Shown here one piece after another: positions 51,114-63,975 of a stretch of 64,000 nt of DNA (the first letter of the stretch is position 1; each line of letters starts with the position of its first letter). The stretch spans positions 2,111,223 to 2,175,222 of the forward strand of contig OZ316892.1 of NCBI GenBank assembly GCA_973895155.1, in the 5' to 3' direction. A model generated the notes under the pieces. The model made no database searches. It saw nothing but the letters and a program-made list of their open reading frames with translations, and was not told where the DNA came from. The DNA is from Marsupella aquatica. Its lineage: Eukaryota; Plantae; Marchantiophyta. The translations under genes and the position numbers were made by a program.

Positions 51114-52727
51114 TTGTGTTTGGACACCCTAAACTTTTATATCTTGCTGGTACACTTTGGAGGTTAGACAGATTGCAGATTTACTTGCAACATGAGTGAG
51201 AATTTTCCTGACTGAGCTCTGCATGAACTAATCAATGTTCTTTAGGGTGGCTTGGATTGGCTAGCCGTCTTAATTGACCCGTCCGAGGAGTAACTTTTTG
51301 TTTAGAGAATATCCCTGTTGGACATGTCATAATTGGCAACGATTCTTTGGAACCAGTGTAAAGTTAGAGGGCCCACATTAAAGCAAAACAATATGTTCAG
51401 AATTTTCTGCAATTAGACTGCGTTCAGGAAATTCTCCTGTGTCTAGTATGATGATTGCAGAATGAGACGTGATGTTATGAAGTCTTATTGCGTTTACAGT
51501 GTGCTGGGTGGTATCTGGACAACTGTCATGCTCCGTTGATGGGAAGTCCTTGACAATTGTTTTTGAAACTATTGGAGACAATGCCAGTTAAAGCTGGCAA
51601 TAATTGAGCCTTTGCCCTGAGGCAGATGGGTATAGGATCTTCAATGCCAAAGCCAAACAGCAGGTTGCCACCAAGACAGTCAGGTACAATACATTGCTCT
51701 CTCAGAAAGTGTCCTCCCAGGAAAGTGAGAAACAAATGCGCATGATGTGCTGCAGTGTGTCACCCGGGAACTTTCAGTTGCCCAGTAAATGAAGTCTATG
51801 GGAATGCAATTCCACATTTGGAGCATTTGAACTTGGTCCACAAAAGAGATCATTTGAGGCAGGGGAGTGTGACCTTTCCCTAGGGAATCTCCATTCAAAA
51901 CTTTTGGCCCCTGACTCCCATGAATCCACTGATTCAAGCTACAGGGAACAACTGTGATTGATTTGTACTACGATGCTGAGCCTGAAGCGAATGGTGTTGA
52001 AATTGGCTTACAAGCATATGACGGACATATATCACCTTTCCCCAACAAAGTAACATTTCATCGCGCTTGAAAAGAGAGCTAAAAACAAGTGTTGTACCTA
52101 AAAACCCAGGATTAATCAGTACCCTTATTCAGCTCGAAATGAAGGCTGTCAGTCTATTGGTGAGAAATCTGAGGACGGTCCAAAGCTGGTGATTCTAACC
52201 AGGAAGCATTATTTTGAACGTAAATTGGGTTGCAAGAGTAGCCCATGACATCTAACGCAACTCTATATGTACAACCTTTGCCTGTTTGCTCCACCCTCTT
52301 TTATTATCTGTGTATCTTTCCATCCATAGTTGCCACGAGATCCATGATCTACCGCCAACAAGCTAGAGTCGTAATAGGGCTGTCAGATCGTCGTGATATA
52401 TCTAGTAGTCGAAGGTACACGAGGCACGTAAGAACCCAACGCGGCCCGGCCCTTCTCCAGGTCACACTCAACGAGGAAATTCTGCTGTGCGATATTGCCG
52501 ATGACGTTCATGTTACCAGTAACATTTTGAACGCCGATCGAGTAGAGGTTGTTCTGTGTGGAGGCAGGTTGGATCAAGTTGTCCTTGGGTAGGAACACTT
52601 CGATTTCTTCCTGCCGTTCACCCTACAATATATAGCATGCTCATCCTGGAACATGCTTTACTTTTTGTCTTCTAGTGATATTAAGTGGACAAAATTAAAG
52701 AGTAAGACTAGAATACATATTAAATGT

Positions 52728-53532
52728 GAATGAAATTAAATAATATAAATAAAGTACATGCAATAAAAGCACATAGTGACCAATGGAAAGTATAATTTTA
52801 TTACACAAAATTGCTACGAGTTATGCACAATGAAATCAAATAATATAAATAAAGTACATGCAATAAAAGCACATAGTGACCAATGGAAAGTACAATTTTA
52901 TTACACAAAGATCCTATGAGTTGTGCACGTATTTCAGTGTGTCTTATTAATGACTCTTATTCAATAAAAACCATAAACTTAGGAAAGAAAGCCACAAGGG
53001 GACCTTAAGACAGGATGTGCTGACATTTCTTAGAATCATTCTTCTCACTCATGAGTATACTTAAAAGCGGTAGAAAATGAAACCCTTCGTTTCTCTCTAG
53101 GACTTAACAAATTATACAAATTAAGGGGGCGTTTCTCTCTTTCTCTCTAGGACTTAACAAATTATACAAATTAAGGGGGCGTTTCTCTCTAGGACTTAAC
53201 AAATTATACAAATTAAGGGGGCTGCCAGAATAAATTCAAAACACTATAGAATAGCAAAAATTTAAAGGGGTCCAAAAATAAATTAAAAGTCTATGTGATA
53301 CAAAGGATACCCCTTGTTAAGGTACATTCAAATAAAAATTCATGATACACAAATATGAATAAGACAAAACATGAGAGTTGGATTCACCATATAGCAGCTT
53401 CAAAAATATAAAATTCATGATACACAAATATGAATAAGACAAAACATGAGAGTTGGATTCACCATATAGCACAAATATGAATAAGACAAAACATGAGAGT
53501 TGGATTCACCATATAGCAGCTTCAAAAATATA
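52728..53532. repeat. Three separate tandem duplications in the last intron of the pseudogene
   Basis: About 100-bp x2 (52730-52930); about 40-50-bp x3 (53088-53222); about 50-75-bp x3 (53335-53532). Confidence 0.85.
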
Positions 53533-54735
53533 GCACCACAACATCAGTCCAAACTATTGTAAAAGTATTGGTAAATAATATATGTCCGAAGCATTTATAC
53601 AACCGTGATCAGTTATGCATATGTAAACATAGTCTCCACACGCATTCTCTCACACAGGGACGCTGTGGTTAATTAAAGAATATGCGATAATTGAGCTTCA
53701 GCGCATTCATGAGTTGGAACAGTTGACATTCTGAGGGAAAAATTGGTCCGAGAAATACTCACGGGCGCATGCTTAGACTGCTACTTCTGGAAGATGAAGC
53801 TGACGGTGGGGAACAGATATCCTTCAAAGACATCACTGGTGATATTCATAATCCCATCGTTCACGAATGTTTTTGGTGCCAGTTAGTTGTAATAGGCCTC
53901 CATAATCTGGGACAAGTAAGGCTCCCGAAGCAAAATAATACTCGTACCAGAATCAATTATGGTCATAGTTTGATTGAGTTGTACCGACTCCAAGGTGAGC
54001 TTCTGACAAATCGATTGGAATGCGATTTCCTGCCACTGTGATTGCTGTCATGTTGAGGGCGTAGTATGAAAAAGGAGGGCTGGGGAGAATAGGAGTCCAC
54101 AGGGTTTTGGACTTGTATAGGTGTTTGGTGGAGGAAAAGAGGGAGTCGGTTTCAGATTCGTCGATCTCGCCAAACGAGGGGAAACGCTAATTAACGGCAG
54201 GTTCAGAAAATTCTCCGACCAATTCCGGTAAGCACAACCTTAATGGTGAGTTGCTGACTGCAGGATGAATCACTTAGTCGAGAATGTGCAGCAGAGTCTA
54301 AAGATATGAAATTCAGAGACCAGGGAATATTTGACAACCTCGAGAGATTATTAACAAAAATTAATTTCAGCCGAAGGTAGTCCCTTCCTGTCTACTTCCA
54401 TTAGAAAAGCCTGGAGTCCACACACCATTGATGATGTATAACACAATCAGGTTCTACTCTGTAGAAGAAGTAATCAACCCAAATATTGACTTTTAAGTAC
54501 ATTATCATGTACACATAGTGTTAATTGGTTGGGTATATTTAACTAGGACTGAAGTCTAGCTTGAAATCCCGCTTGATTTATATGTACTTGCTTCATTCAA
54601 GACTCTTCCAGTCAAATTTCGGGTCGACCATGTTAAACATTGCTCTTGATGTCAGTGGCTGGTTCCGTTCGCTGTGGGCCCTGAAAGCTAATCTGATAAT
54701 TGTTCAGTTCATCTATGGATGGATGGGATATGCAG

Positions 54736-55300
54736 GTACTGCTTCCCGGAGCAAGAAGCGGAATATAGTACCACAAGTTTCCTCTCGTTTGGCGAGATTG
54801 ACGAATATGAAACCGACTCCCTCTTTCCGTCTACCAACATCTACACAAGCTAGTCCAAAACCCTGTGGACTCCTATTCCCCCCAAGCTTCCGGATTGAGT
54901 CTACGCCCTGATCATGACTGCCACCAAGTGCAGTGGCAGAAAATTCCAATCGATCATCTGGAGCTCACTTTGGAGTCAGTACAGCTCAATCAAATTATGA
55001 CCGTAATTGATCTGGCACGACAACGATTTGCTTCGAATCGGGAGCCTTACTTTTCCCAGCTTTGCCCAGTTTCTGGAAGCCTATTACGACAAAATCAGCA
55101 CATTGACACCAAAAACATGTGTGAACGCTGTGATTATATCACCAGGGATGTCTTTGGCGGATATCTGTTCCCCACCGTCAGCTTTATCTTCGAAAAGTGG
55201 CAGTCTGAGCATGCTCACGGGAGTATTTCTCTGACCAATTGTTCTCAGAATGGCAACCGATCCAGCTCATTGCTCATGAATGCGCTGAAGCTCGATAATC
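54736..55300 (+). pseudogene. Inverted duplicate of the aspartic protease middle exon and its intron flank
   Basis: Begins after an AG with YCFPE..SFLSFGEIDE. It shares long blocks (ctcgtttggcgagat, gtccaaaaccctgtggactcctatt, ggatatctgttccccaccgtcagctt, ctcatgaatgcgctgaagctc) with the minus strand of 53690-54238. Confidence 0.85.
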
Positions 55301-56054
55301 TCAGATTCTTTAATCAGCCACCCCGGATTTTTTTAATTTTAATTCTTACTCGGTCTCATCCCTGTGGCCGCCGTTCCCTCTTCACTCACACCGTCTCCCT
55401 CGCCATCTTCTCCCTGCGCTAACTTGATAATATCAATGGTAGAAGAAATTCAGAATAATTTCACAAGGTCACTGTTCCACTAGTGAGTGTGACAAACATT
55501 CAGCAGCAACGAATGGTGCCATGGCTCCAATTGCAATGTCTCTCTCTAAGTTTTCCTCTGACGACACTTTCATCAACCTCAACATCAACAACACTTAGTT
55601 GCAATTTAGCTAGGAGTCACTACAACATATTTTATCCTTTCCTGAATTTATTTGGCCTTTTTTATCTCGTGTAGCACGTGACTCTAAAGTGGCTGCTCAA
55701 CATCTTCCGAGCTTTGAGTATCTTGAAGGAAATCCTGTTACCCGTTGAATCTTGAAATTACATACATCAACTAACATCTTAATATCCGTGCACTTAGTCC
55801 AAATCGTTTCAGCTAATCTCCTATCCATGTCGTCGATCGATCCAAACGTGAGTCATAATTCTGTGTCGTACATACGTGGACCTACGTATTGGCATTGTTA
55901 TCCGCACTGCACCCATGACTCCCTGCCTCAGTCTAGTCAAACGTTCCTAGAAGAATATCAAGAACTAACGGAGATCGTTACTTGGTGAAAACGGGGGTGA
56001 AACGAGGAAGAGAAGACAGCTTGTAGTCAATTATCTTCTGAGCACACAATAATT

Positions 56055-56082
56055 CATCTCATCTCATCTCATCTCATCTCAT
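56055..56082. repeat. (CATCT)n microsatellite
   Basis: Direct reading. Confidence 0.9.
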
Positions 56083-56333
56083 GAATGCTTACCGACACAA
56101 ACAGCCCGGAGATATAACTCCAACAAAATACATGTCGTTACTGGATTGTCTGATGACGAAATCTACCAAGTAAAGAGCAGCGCTCCAAGTTCAAATTTGA
56201 TTCAGTGAGAGTTAAGAGCGCGGTCCCAAAGTTCGTTGCGTTCTAAACCCAAAACATCGAGTTGCACATTTGGGTTTAGAATGCAACGAAACAACAACGT
56301 TTACACGGTCGCAAACTTCTCAGTCATACATTA

Positions 56334-56654
56334 GGGCCTTCTTGCATGTACAAGGTCCTTTGATTTTTGGCCTCAAATGAACCCGTGGCATCTCTAAAGG
56401 AAGCGACAAGCCGGCACTCCTGATGGTGTCTTTGCAGGATATGCAAGGGCAAGGGCCGGAAATTTTCCGGCCCCTTGAGGTCCCCAACTTTGAACTTTGA
56501 ATAAAACAAAATGACAGGTAGACCTAATTGAATAAGCACTTCACACGTAAGTTGTTCTTGATTGTGTTTAGATCCTGGGTCCACACTTTTTCCCAACATC
56601 TGGGGGCTGCTAAGGGTCCCATTTTTCAGGACTCTTGCACATGCAAGACAGCCC
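56334..56654. mobile_element. PIF/Harbinger (Tourist-like) MITE
   Basis: TIRs GGGCCTTCTTGCATGTACAAG / CTTGCACATGCAAGACAGCCC, with a TTA target duplication on both sides. Confidence 0.85.
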
Positions 56655-56689
56655 TTAGCCACTTACGTACACTATCTATTGTAGCTTTC

Positions 56690-57455
56690 TATATATCACA
56701 CAGCCAAACCGGGAGACAGGTCCGAAAGGCTAAAAAACCCAATAAAGGGGGAAGCAAAATACCCCAACAAGACCAAAGAGGTCCAAGAAGTCAAGGAGTA
56801 ACCTAGCAAAAACAAAAGACAAAGGAGAAAACAATGAACAAACCCTACTGGGCGGTAAACTGAAAAGCCTGGTAGAGCTGGTAGAGCTCTGGAGTAAACC
56901 GCATAGGAGGGTCCCGGAGGGGAATCTACCTAGAGGCCCTAAAACCAACTGCCTCGGCCATATGAAGAATAGTGAAAGCTTGGGCCCTCTAAAGTGTCAC
57001 ACAAACCCTCCGTTGAAAGAATCAAGGCTGTGAGGACAGAAACAGGGGGAAAAGGCCTCTACTCGATACAAAACACAACACAAGCCCGAAGGAAGTGGTT
57101 GAAACGAGGGTGGAGAGCACCAAAGACCTCAAGGGCAAAGGGGTAGAAAAGATCCCCCGAGTAACGAACCGCATACTTAGGCCTCCTCCTTGAGCCGATC
57201 AAGCTGCCTTGGCAGCGGGCTTGGCAGCGGGCTTGGCAGCAGCATGTCCAAGAACATGGGCTGCCACAACAACATTATTTCCACCAGTAGGATCAGCAAC
57301 CACCACATCACCAAGGGAACGAACACCTGCCCGAGAAAAAACCATGTCAGCAGCCCGACACAGGTCCGGAACATCATTCCTGGGTGGACTTAGGACATGT
57401 CATTGCTCCATAGCAACATGGTAACCAGAGTCCCAGGCAATGGCCTCTACCATGG
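56690..57455 (-). mobile_element. 5'-truncated CRE-like non-LTR retrotransposon (RLE endonuclease remnant plus 3' UTR)
   Basis: Degenerate translation: DSGYHVAMEQ...RAADMV...LGDVVVADP...KY...FYPFALEVFGALH...QRRVCVTL*RAQAFTI. Confidence 0.7.
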
Positions 57456-57469
57456 GTAGATGGAGGAGG

Positions 57470-57470
<1 letters not shown>

Positions 57471-57505
<35 letters not shown>
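57471..57505. repeat. (CT)n microsatellite
   Basis: Direct reading. Confidence 0.95.
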
Positions 57506-57507
<2 letters not shown>

Positions 57508-59364
57508 ATACGTTGCGACAGTATATAAATAAATAAGTAAGTATATGTATGACTAGTGATATGTAATCCCTAGAAATGCCATTGACATCCTTCTAACATG
57601 TGTAACACCCACCAATTATAATACATTACACATTACACATATAATACCTATGTATGGTCTATAAACGGTAAATTATGTATTTTTTTCTCAACCACATGGA
57701 ATGCATTACCACCTTACGATCACCATCCTGAGATAGGGTAGCCCAGCAATACTTAGCGCCGTCCCTACTGGCGGCGACCCTAACTTACCCCCTCCTCTAT
57801 GGCCTACCTTCCAACTAAAAACCTCTGCCCCAACTCGAACAATCAATCGTGCATACATTTTTTCAACTACACATTGCCAATCTCCACAGGCTGTCTCACG
57901 ACAGCAGCGCAGTCCAGCTTACACATTATTCAGAAGATCGAAGCAGCTACACTAGTGCAAACTGACAATCTGCACAGGCTGCCCACTACTGCATCGCCAC
58001 AATTCCCATCATGGCTCGTGCAGGACAGGTATGTGCAACCAAACCTCATTTTTTAATCATTTTTATGAATGATTAAACATTTTTTCCATAGACAATACCA
58101 GCTAGCCTAATGTTGGTTCATGTCTCCCCGTTACCGCCGCGGCTTCTGGTAGCAGAAACATGGAAACAGGGATTGAATGAAATTGATTTTTGATCCCGCC
58201 CTAGGGACGGGGGCTGAAAGACGACCCTGGGGTCTGTGATGCAGACTACATCTCCTGCATTCCGGCATTAGTTGATGGTCCACTTCACACAGCATGACTA
58301 GCTATGTTGATGCACCGCATAGACATCCTGGCTGCAACCGGGAGAACACTCTTTTTTAGCGATACTAATCTCTCTATATATGTATGTTTGTTACTAACCA
58401 CTATGTCTCAATGTGAATGTTTTCATTTGAGTGCCGACACTCAAATAATGTACTGTATGCCCCGATAATGCGCCTACGACTGCTCCAACCACTTACAGTG
58501 CAATCGCTTCTGCCTTCTATATAGCCCCATAGATACTCGCCGCATGTCAATAGAAACGTTCTGTTGCAACTTCAAAACACAGAGTGAACTACGACAGCAC
58601 ATATACATTCAATACCTAGCTGTTTATTACAAGGATTGTTACTCTTACTTTTCGCAGTTACGACATAAGCCTGCATGACTAATGACTGCACCGCTACCTA
58701 GATTGTATGATCGTCGTTTTTAATGACCATACTGATCCCTGAGTGTATAACTAAGACTTTGATATGTCTGTGTTCGCAATTCATGACTAACTCAAGATAA
58801 GTGTCGATCGATGGCTTAACTAGATCAGGTGAATGACTTGGTATGTGAGTATTTAAAGAGGCACAACTCGTTACCATACTCGACGCTGTATAGACTCTGC
58901 CTATGCCTGCTATGACTTAGTCCAGACTTGACAATGGCCTTGAATGGGTGTTCTTCTTATGAAATTATCTCTCTCATTGACCCAATGTAAGATTAATGTG
59001 GAATAAAGAATAGGACAAACCAGTTACCCAAATCATATATACACCAAGATAACACACTAAGAACAGTACTATCTACATAACATACCAAACAACCAAAATG
59101 TACGTAATTATACCATATGCATATAACCTGGTCTAAACTCATATCAACCGTATAGCATAATATGAACCGTCCGATCCAACTTCCCTAAAAAATGATGATG
59201 ACTCACCTAGACCTAAGTGGCGGCTACCCTAAAAACGAACCCCTCACAAATCTTCATACATAAATGCTCCTCACAACACAAGCATACGCACTACTCAGCA
59301 TTCTCATATAGTTATATGCTTGGAACCACGAGCAAAACACTGCACACCTCTCTAGGAATCTATT

Positions 59365-59410
59365 CGGGGGACCAGGTAACTCGAGTACCACCTCTTGCCG
59401 CACACGTGCA
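59365..59410 (-). mobile_element. Short fragment of a CRE-like element
   Basis: The minus strand gtgcggcaagaggtggtactcgagttacct matches 62428-62457 (VRxEVVLELP). Confidence 0.55.
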
Positions 59411-61339
59411 GAACGTACAAGTGCAAACAGTGTGTTTGATGGAAAAGAGAATGTGCCAATGAAACAGTGTGGTAATAAAAAAGAGGGTGCCAGAGCATAT
59501 AGTAAGTAAGTACTGTGTGCAGACCTTAAAGTGCAGAGAATAAAGTGTGGTGGTGTGCAGAGTTGCAGAGAGTAAAGTGTGGGAGAGATAGATGCCCTGG
59601 GGTTTCACGGTCACATTCTGCACCTGGGGTACACAACCACACAACTCACTGGGATATGGCCTCGGGGGTCTCACTATATGGGGACCTCCCCATCACCTGC
59701 GACGTTTGTAGGCCTTGGACCCCCTAAAATGTAAGAATTTTAAAAATATTTTTAACCCCTATAAAGTTGGAATATTCCAAAAATTAGATTAAAACGGCCC
59801 TAATGTTCTTATAAGTCTCAAAATTGAATTTAAAAGACCTTATTGTTCTTCTACAAAAATTCTTAAGTCTTCCCTTACAACCAATAAAATGACCCTATCC
59901 TTCGTCGCACGTGATATGCCATTTTTGTGGGAGTGAAACCCCCGAGGATATGGCCAAATCCCAACAGGTATGACACCTAAGTACACTTTCCTTTGTACAC
60001 ACATAGAAATTTCTTAGAATTTTTTGCTAGCCTAAACTTACTATGTATCTCCCCGTTAGTGACTTTTCTTTTCAGAAGGGGTCCACTTAAGGACGAGGGC
60101 TGAATGATAACCTTAAGGGTGTAATACAGGCTGTCACCTGTATTGTAAGTTTAGTTCATGGTTTATCACATGACGTTTTGACAGTGTGACATGTCTAGAC
60201 TGCACAACATTAGAATGATTCTCATTGAATCATTTATATATATATTTTTACCTTGTCACATGTAACTACTCGATATATATGCACTAATACTACTAATACT
60301 CTGATTCTATGTGGACTTGGGTACTCTATCACAACAGCTAGATAAAGCAAGCTTGAGACTTATTTTAGTCCTTAATCTATAGATAGCTATTGATATGCTG
60401 TAACATATAACAAGTTTGAGATCTATTTGAGAACTTCCTGATATTCCATATGTGACTCTTTTTTGCACCAATCATAACGTAACAGTAGGATCTTGAGGTC
60501 CAGTGTAATCCTATCTAGACTTCTGAGCCATGTGCTTACAAACTCTGCATTGTTCAGACCCTATATGCACAGTTTACTATTACTTTATAGGAATCTACTT
60601 TTCTTCCACTCACACGCACCCCAATACTGTTCATAAACTGCACACTGTGATTACCTGCAGCTTGTAAATGATCGAATAATGTAGTGATGTATTTTGGTAA
60701 GAGTGATTGAGGTGGATGTCCTTCTAAGGATCTTTCCGCTACTTCTTATATGTGACTAGATAGATATGTGACTTGATATTGTGAGATATTGACATGGCCC
60801 TGATTGGGTGTTAAATTATTGACATTACATTTCTCTTAACTCCTATAATACAAGGTTGCCCCAATTTTTACAGTGGTCGACACAAAAAACAAGAAATCTG
60901 GTAGAAGGAAGGAATTAAGACAAAATAAATTTTGTTTAGTGTGAATGAAAAAGAGTCACACCAATGTCCAAAGGGAATCAAATGGGATAAGCAAAGAAAA
61001 CAAGGGCGTCACTAACACAATGCACAAGGAGGATACTCCCTCCATGATAGGGAGTAATGTACATACTCAATAAGGTATACATACTCAATAGAATAAGATA
61101 GTGCCTAATTTAGTGTAATATTGGTACAGGAGATAAATTTCAGATACTATTTCAGTCAATAGGGGACTACATACACTAATCAAACATTATTCTCCCAATA
61201 TTTAGAGTGATTTTTTACATTTATTTTTTGTGCCATTTTCATTGCCAAAAAAACAAAAGTTATAAGGTCCAAAGACATAGTAAAGATCATGACATTGACG
61301 TTGATGTCAAGGTGTTGGGCAAGGGGCACAGTATAACTT

Positions 61340-62040
61340 GATGACATCTTTTTACTTCACAATATCTTTCACATAACAACCCATTTGGTACCATATTATA
61401 TATTTACTTGACGACATGTTTTTATTCATGACATCTTTCACATAACGACATCTTTGGCAACACGACTTCTTTTTTGTTAACGACAATTTTTTACTTGACA
61501 ACAACTTTTTACTTGATGACAACTTTTTACTTGACAACATGTTTGGCAAAATGACTTCTTTTTGCTTAATGACATCTTTTTACTTGACAACGTCTTTCAC
61601 ATAACTACATCTTTGGCAAAACAATTCATCGTTCAATTCTTAATGACATCTTTTTACTTCACAACATCTTTCACATAACAACATCTTGATTGACACAACA
61701 TCTTTTGTACAACGCACGGGTATTGAGCTATTTTGTACTTAACAACATTGTTATACTTAAAACAAAAACTTTGGCATAACGACATCATTGGCAACATGGC
61801 CTCTATTTCTTCCACAACCTCTTGGCCAAGATGACATCTTTCTTCTCAACAACCTCTTGGCTGAAACAACATTTTTTGCTCTCAATGACTTCTTTGCTGA
61901 CACAACAACTTTTGTTCTCAACAACATCTTGGGCGACACGTCATCTTTCTTCTCAACAACTTCTTGGCCGACACGACCTCTTTTGTTCTCAACGACATCT
62001 TGGCCGACATGACATCTTTTGTGCAACGCACGGGTATTGA
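61340..62040. repeat. Degenerate 18-40-bp tandem array (acaacatctt/gacatcttt)
   Basis: Many repeated acaacatctt, ttttacttga and tcttggc motifs. Confidence 0.75.
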
Positions 62041-62374
62041 GCTAGTATATATGTTCTAAACTATAATACACTGTTGCACCCTTTTTTGCCCTCGTCCATT
62101 TTTGCCGTGGTCGTCTTTCAAAAATGGAATGCCAACCAAAAAGGTAATCAATAAACAGAAGGGATAGATAAAACCAAAAGTAAATTAAATATAGAGTGTA
62201 TCAAAAGGACAATAATTAAATCTTTTCACACAAATTCTAAACTATAATACACTGTTGCGCCCCTTCATGGTCGTCAAAGGGGTTGCTAAAAAATTAATCC
62301 AAACTCTGAAAATAGTATGATTAATTGTTCTTCTCAAGTGAACATGAAAATCCTTTTGAGCCAGAGACACTAAG

Positions 62375-63190
62375 GTACCAGTCTGAGAGATGCGACTGCT
62401 CAGGTTGTCTTGGGCTCTTTGGTATGCGTGCGGCGGGAGGTGGTACTCGAGTTACCTAGCTGGTCCTCGAGTTACCTAGCTGGTCCTCCATCATAGCAGT
62501 TACGGGTGGATTTTACCATGGTCTGTGAGGGTCAACGTACTTTGGCAAATGTAGTGGTGACAAACCCATTGTGCCAAGACATCATTGGGATAGCGACAAC
62601 AATGGCAGGGGCAGCAACGTCACGTGCGGCAACAAATGAATGAAAGAGGCCAAATATGCTGCACGAGCTTCATCGGATAGTTTCCTCCCCCTTGCTCTTG
62701 ATATACTTGGGCGTCTTCATCATCAGTTTGACAGGCTTCTTCGACAAGCTGCACAGGATGTTCAAGGCTGGATGGGTCCTGCCGGACCCCCACTATTTGT
62801 TTCGACCATGCACGTTTGCCAATGCATTTCAGTCACCTTACAACGTGCTCAAGCTTGGGCCATCTATTGTCGATCTGTTACAGTAGGTGCTAGTGTGCCC
62901 CCGCAGCGGCTAGGTCCTCTAGAGGACGTTCCTATCCCACTTGCCAATTTAATTTTGACACTTGATGTGGACCATTAGCTTTTTGCCACATTTGCTAGGA
63001 ATGATCATGACCTCGGTCAGTCTGGGTTAGTTTTAGTTCATGTTTCTTGGTTTTTAGGGGTTCCCTATTGTTCACTTCTTAGTTTTAGTTCTTCTTTGTT
63101 GGTTTTTATGGGTTCCCTATTGCTCACTTCTTAGTTTTAGTTCTTCTTTCTTGGTTTTTAGGGACCGTTCCCTATTGCTCATTTCTTTTA
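62375..63190 (+). mobile_element. 5'-truncated CRE-like non-LTR retrotransposon (RLE domain plus 3' UTR)
   Basis: Translation LRDATA..VRREV..LRVDF..LANVVVTNP..KEAKY..FLPLALDILGRLH..QCISVTLQRAQAWAI, followed by a repetitive T-rich 3' UTR. Confidence 0.72.
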
Positions 63191-63191
63191 T

Positions 63192-63975
63192 GACAAACTA
63201 TTTCACCTTTTTGGGAGCAATCTTCACTCACAGTCTTAATTAAGTACCTCAAAGACTATTTGTTTTTTTTCCATTTATCTAGATATGATAGTCTTAAAAC
63301 TTTTTTATTACCATTTGGGCGAGCATTTGGGTTGGAGGCAAGTAAGGGCTGCTTTTTAAAGGACTTTTGCACATGCAAGCCAGCCCTAAGCATGGGGTCA
63401 TTTTCTCCAATTCTGCATGTCCTTTGGAGATGTACGAGTCCTGAGCATGCAGCAAACCTAAGTATACGGCACATAGGCTGTTCTAGTCAACATGAGGGTA
63501 GGGCCCAACTTATTTTTTAAGGTTTTTAAATTATTTTAGCCAGGGTCTGGGCCAGGGTGACTAATGTTGGCTTCTCTAAGGGAGTAGATTCTAGGAATAT
63601 TCTCTATCAGCTAGATTTTACGAAATTAAATCACTCTCAAATATCCCTAGATTTGAGGAGTACCTTTAGATTCTGGTGAATGGGGTTTATGATTTCGTGA
63701 AAAAATGGCTTATGGTGTTTAAAAAATCTAAGGAATATTAGCCAAAAGTGGCCAACATTTTTTGGGAAGGTGGAATTGGCTGAAATTCACACCTAAAAAA
63801 TAAGCTGGTAGGGCCTCTCTATGCTAAAAATTGAAATCACTAGAAGACAAACTATTTCACCTTTTTTGGAGCAGCCTTGATACTCCTAATTAAGTACCTC
63901 AAAGAATATTTATTTTTCCATTTATCTAGGTGTGATAGTATTAAAATATTTTTATTCCCATTTGGAGGAGATGGT
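63192..63975. repeat. About 130-bp direct repeat with a 654-bp period
   Basis: gacaaactatttcaccttttt...taattaagtacctcaaaga...ccatttatctag at 63192 and 63846. Confidence 0.75.
63346..63386. mobile_element. 41-bp internally deleted copy of the Tourist-like MITE
   Basis: TAA-GGGCTG...ggacttttgcacatgcaagcCAGCCC-TAA; the right part matches the right end of 56334-56654. Confidence 0.7.

Larger units (their letters stand above)
52383..55990 (-). pseudogene. A1 (pepsin/nepenthesin-like, TAXi_N/TAXi_C) aspartic protease pseudogene
   Basis: N-terminal remnant at about 55990-55700 (SWVQCG*QC..GPRMYD, with stops). Middle exon 54238-53764 (CLP, WTPILP, YYALNMTAITVAG, TIIDSGTS; frameshifts and stops). 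Last exon 52622-52383 (NVIGNIAQQNFLVECDL). Confidence 0.8.

Noticed and set aside
57700-59200. Spliced gene or Helitron
   Set aside because: One plausible donor/acceptor pair, but no sustained ORF and no clear TC...CTRR ends.
61757-62040. Repetitive Lys/Val- or Thr/Ser-rich ORFs
   Set aside because: Translations of a degenerate tandem array.
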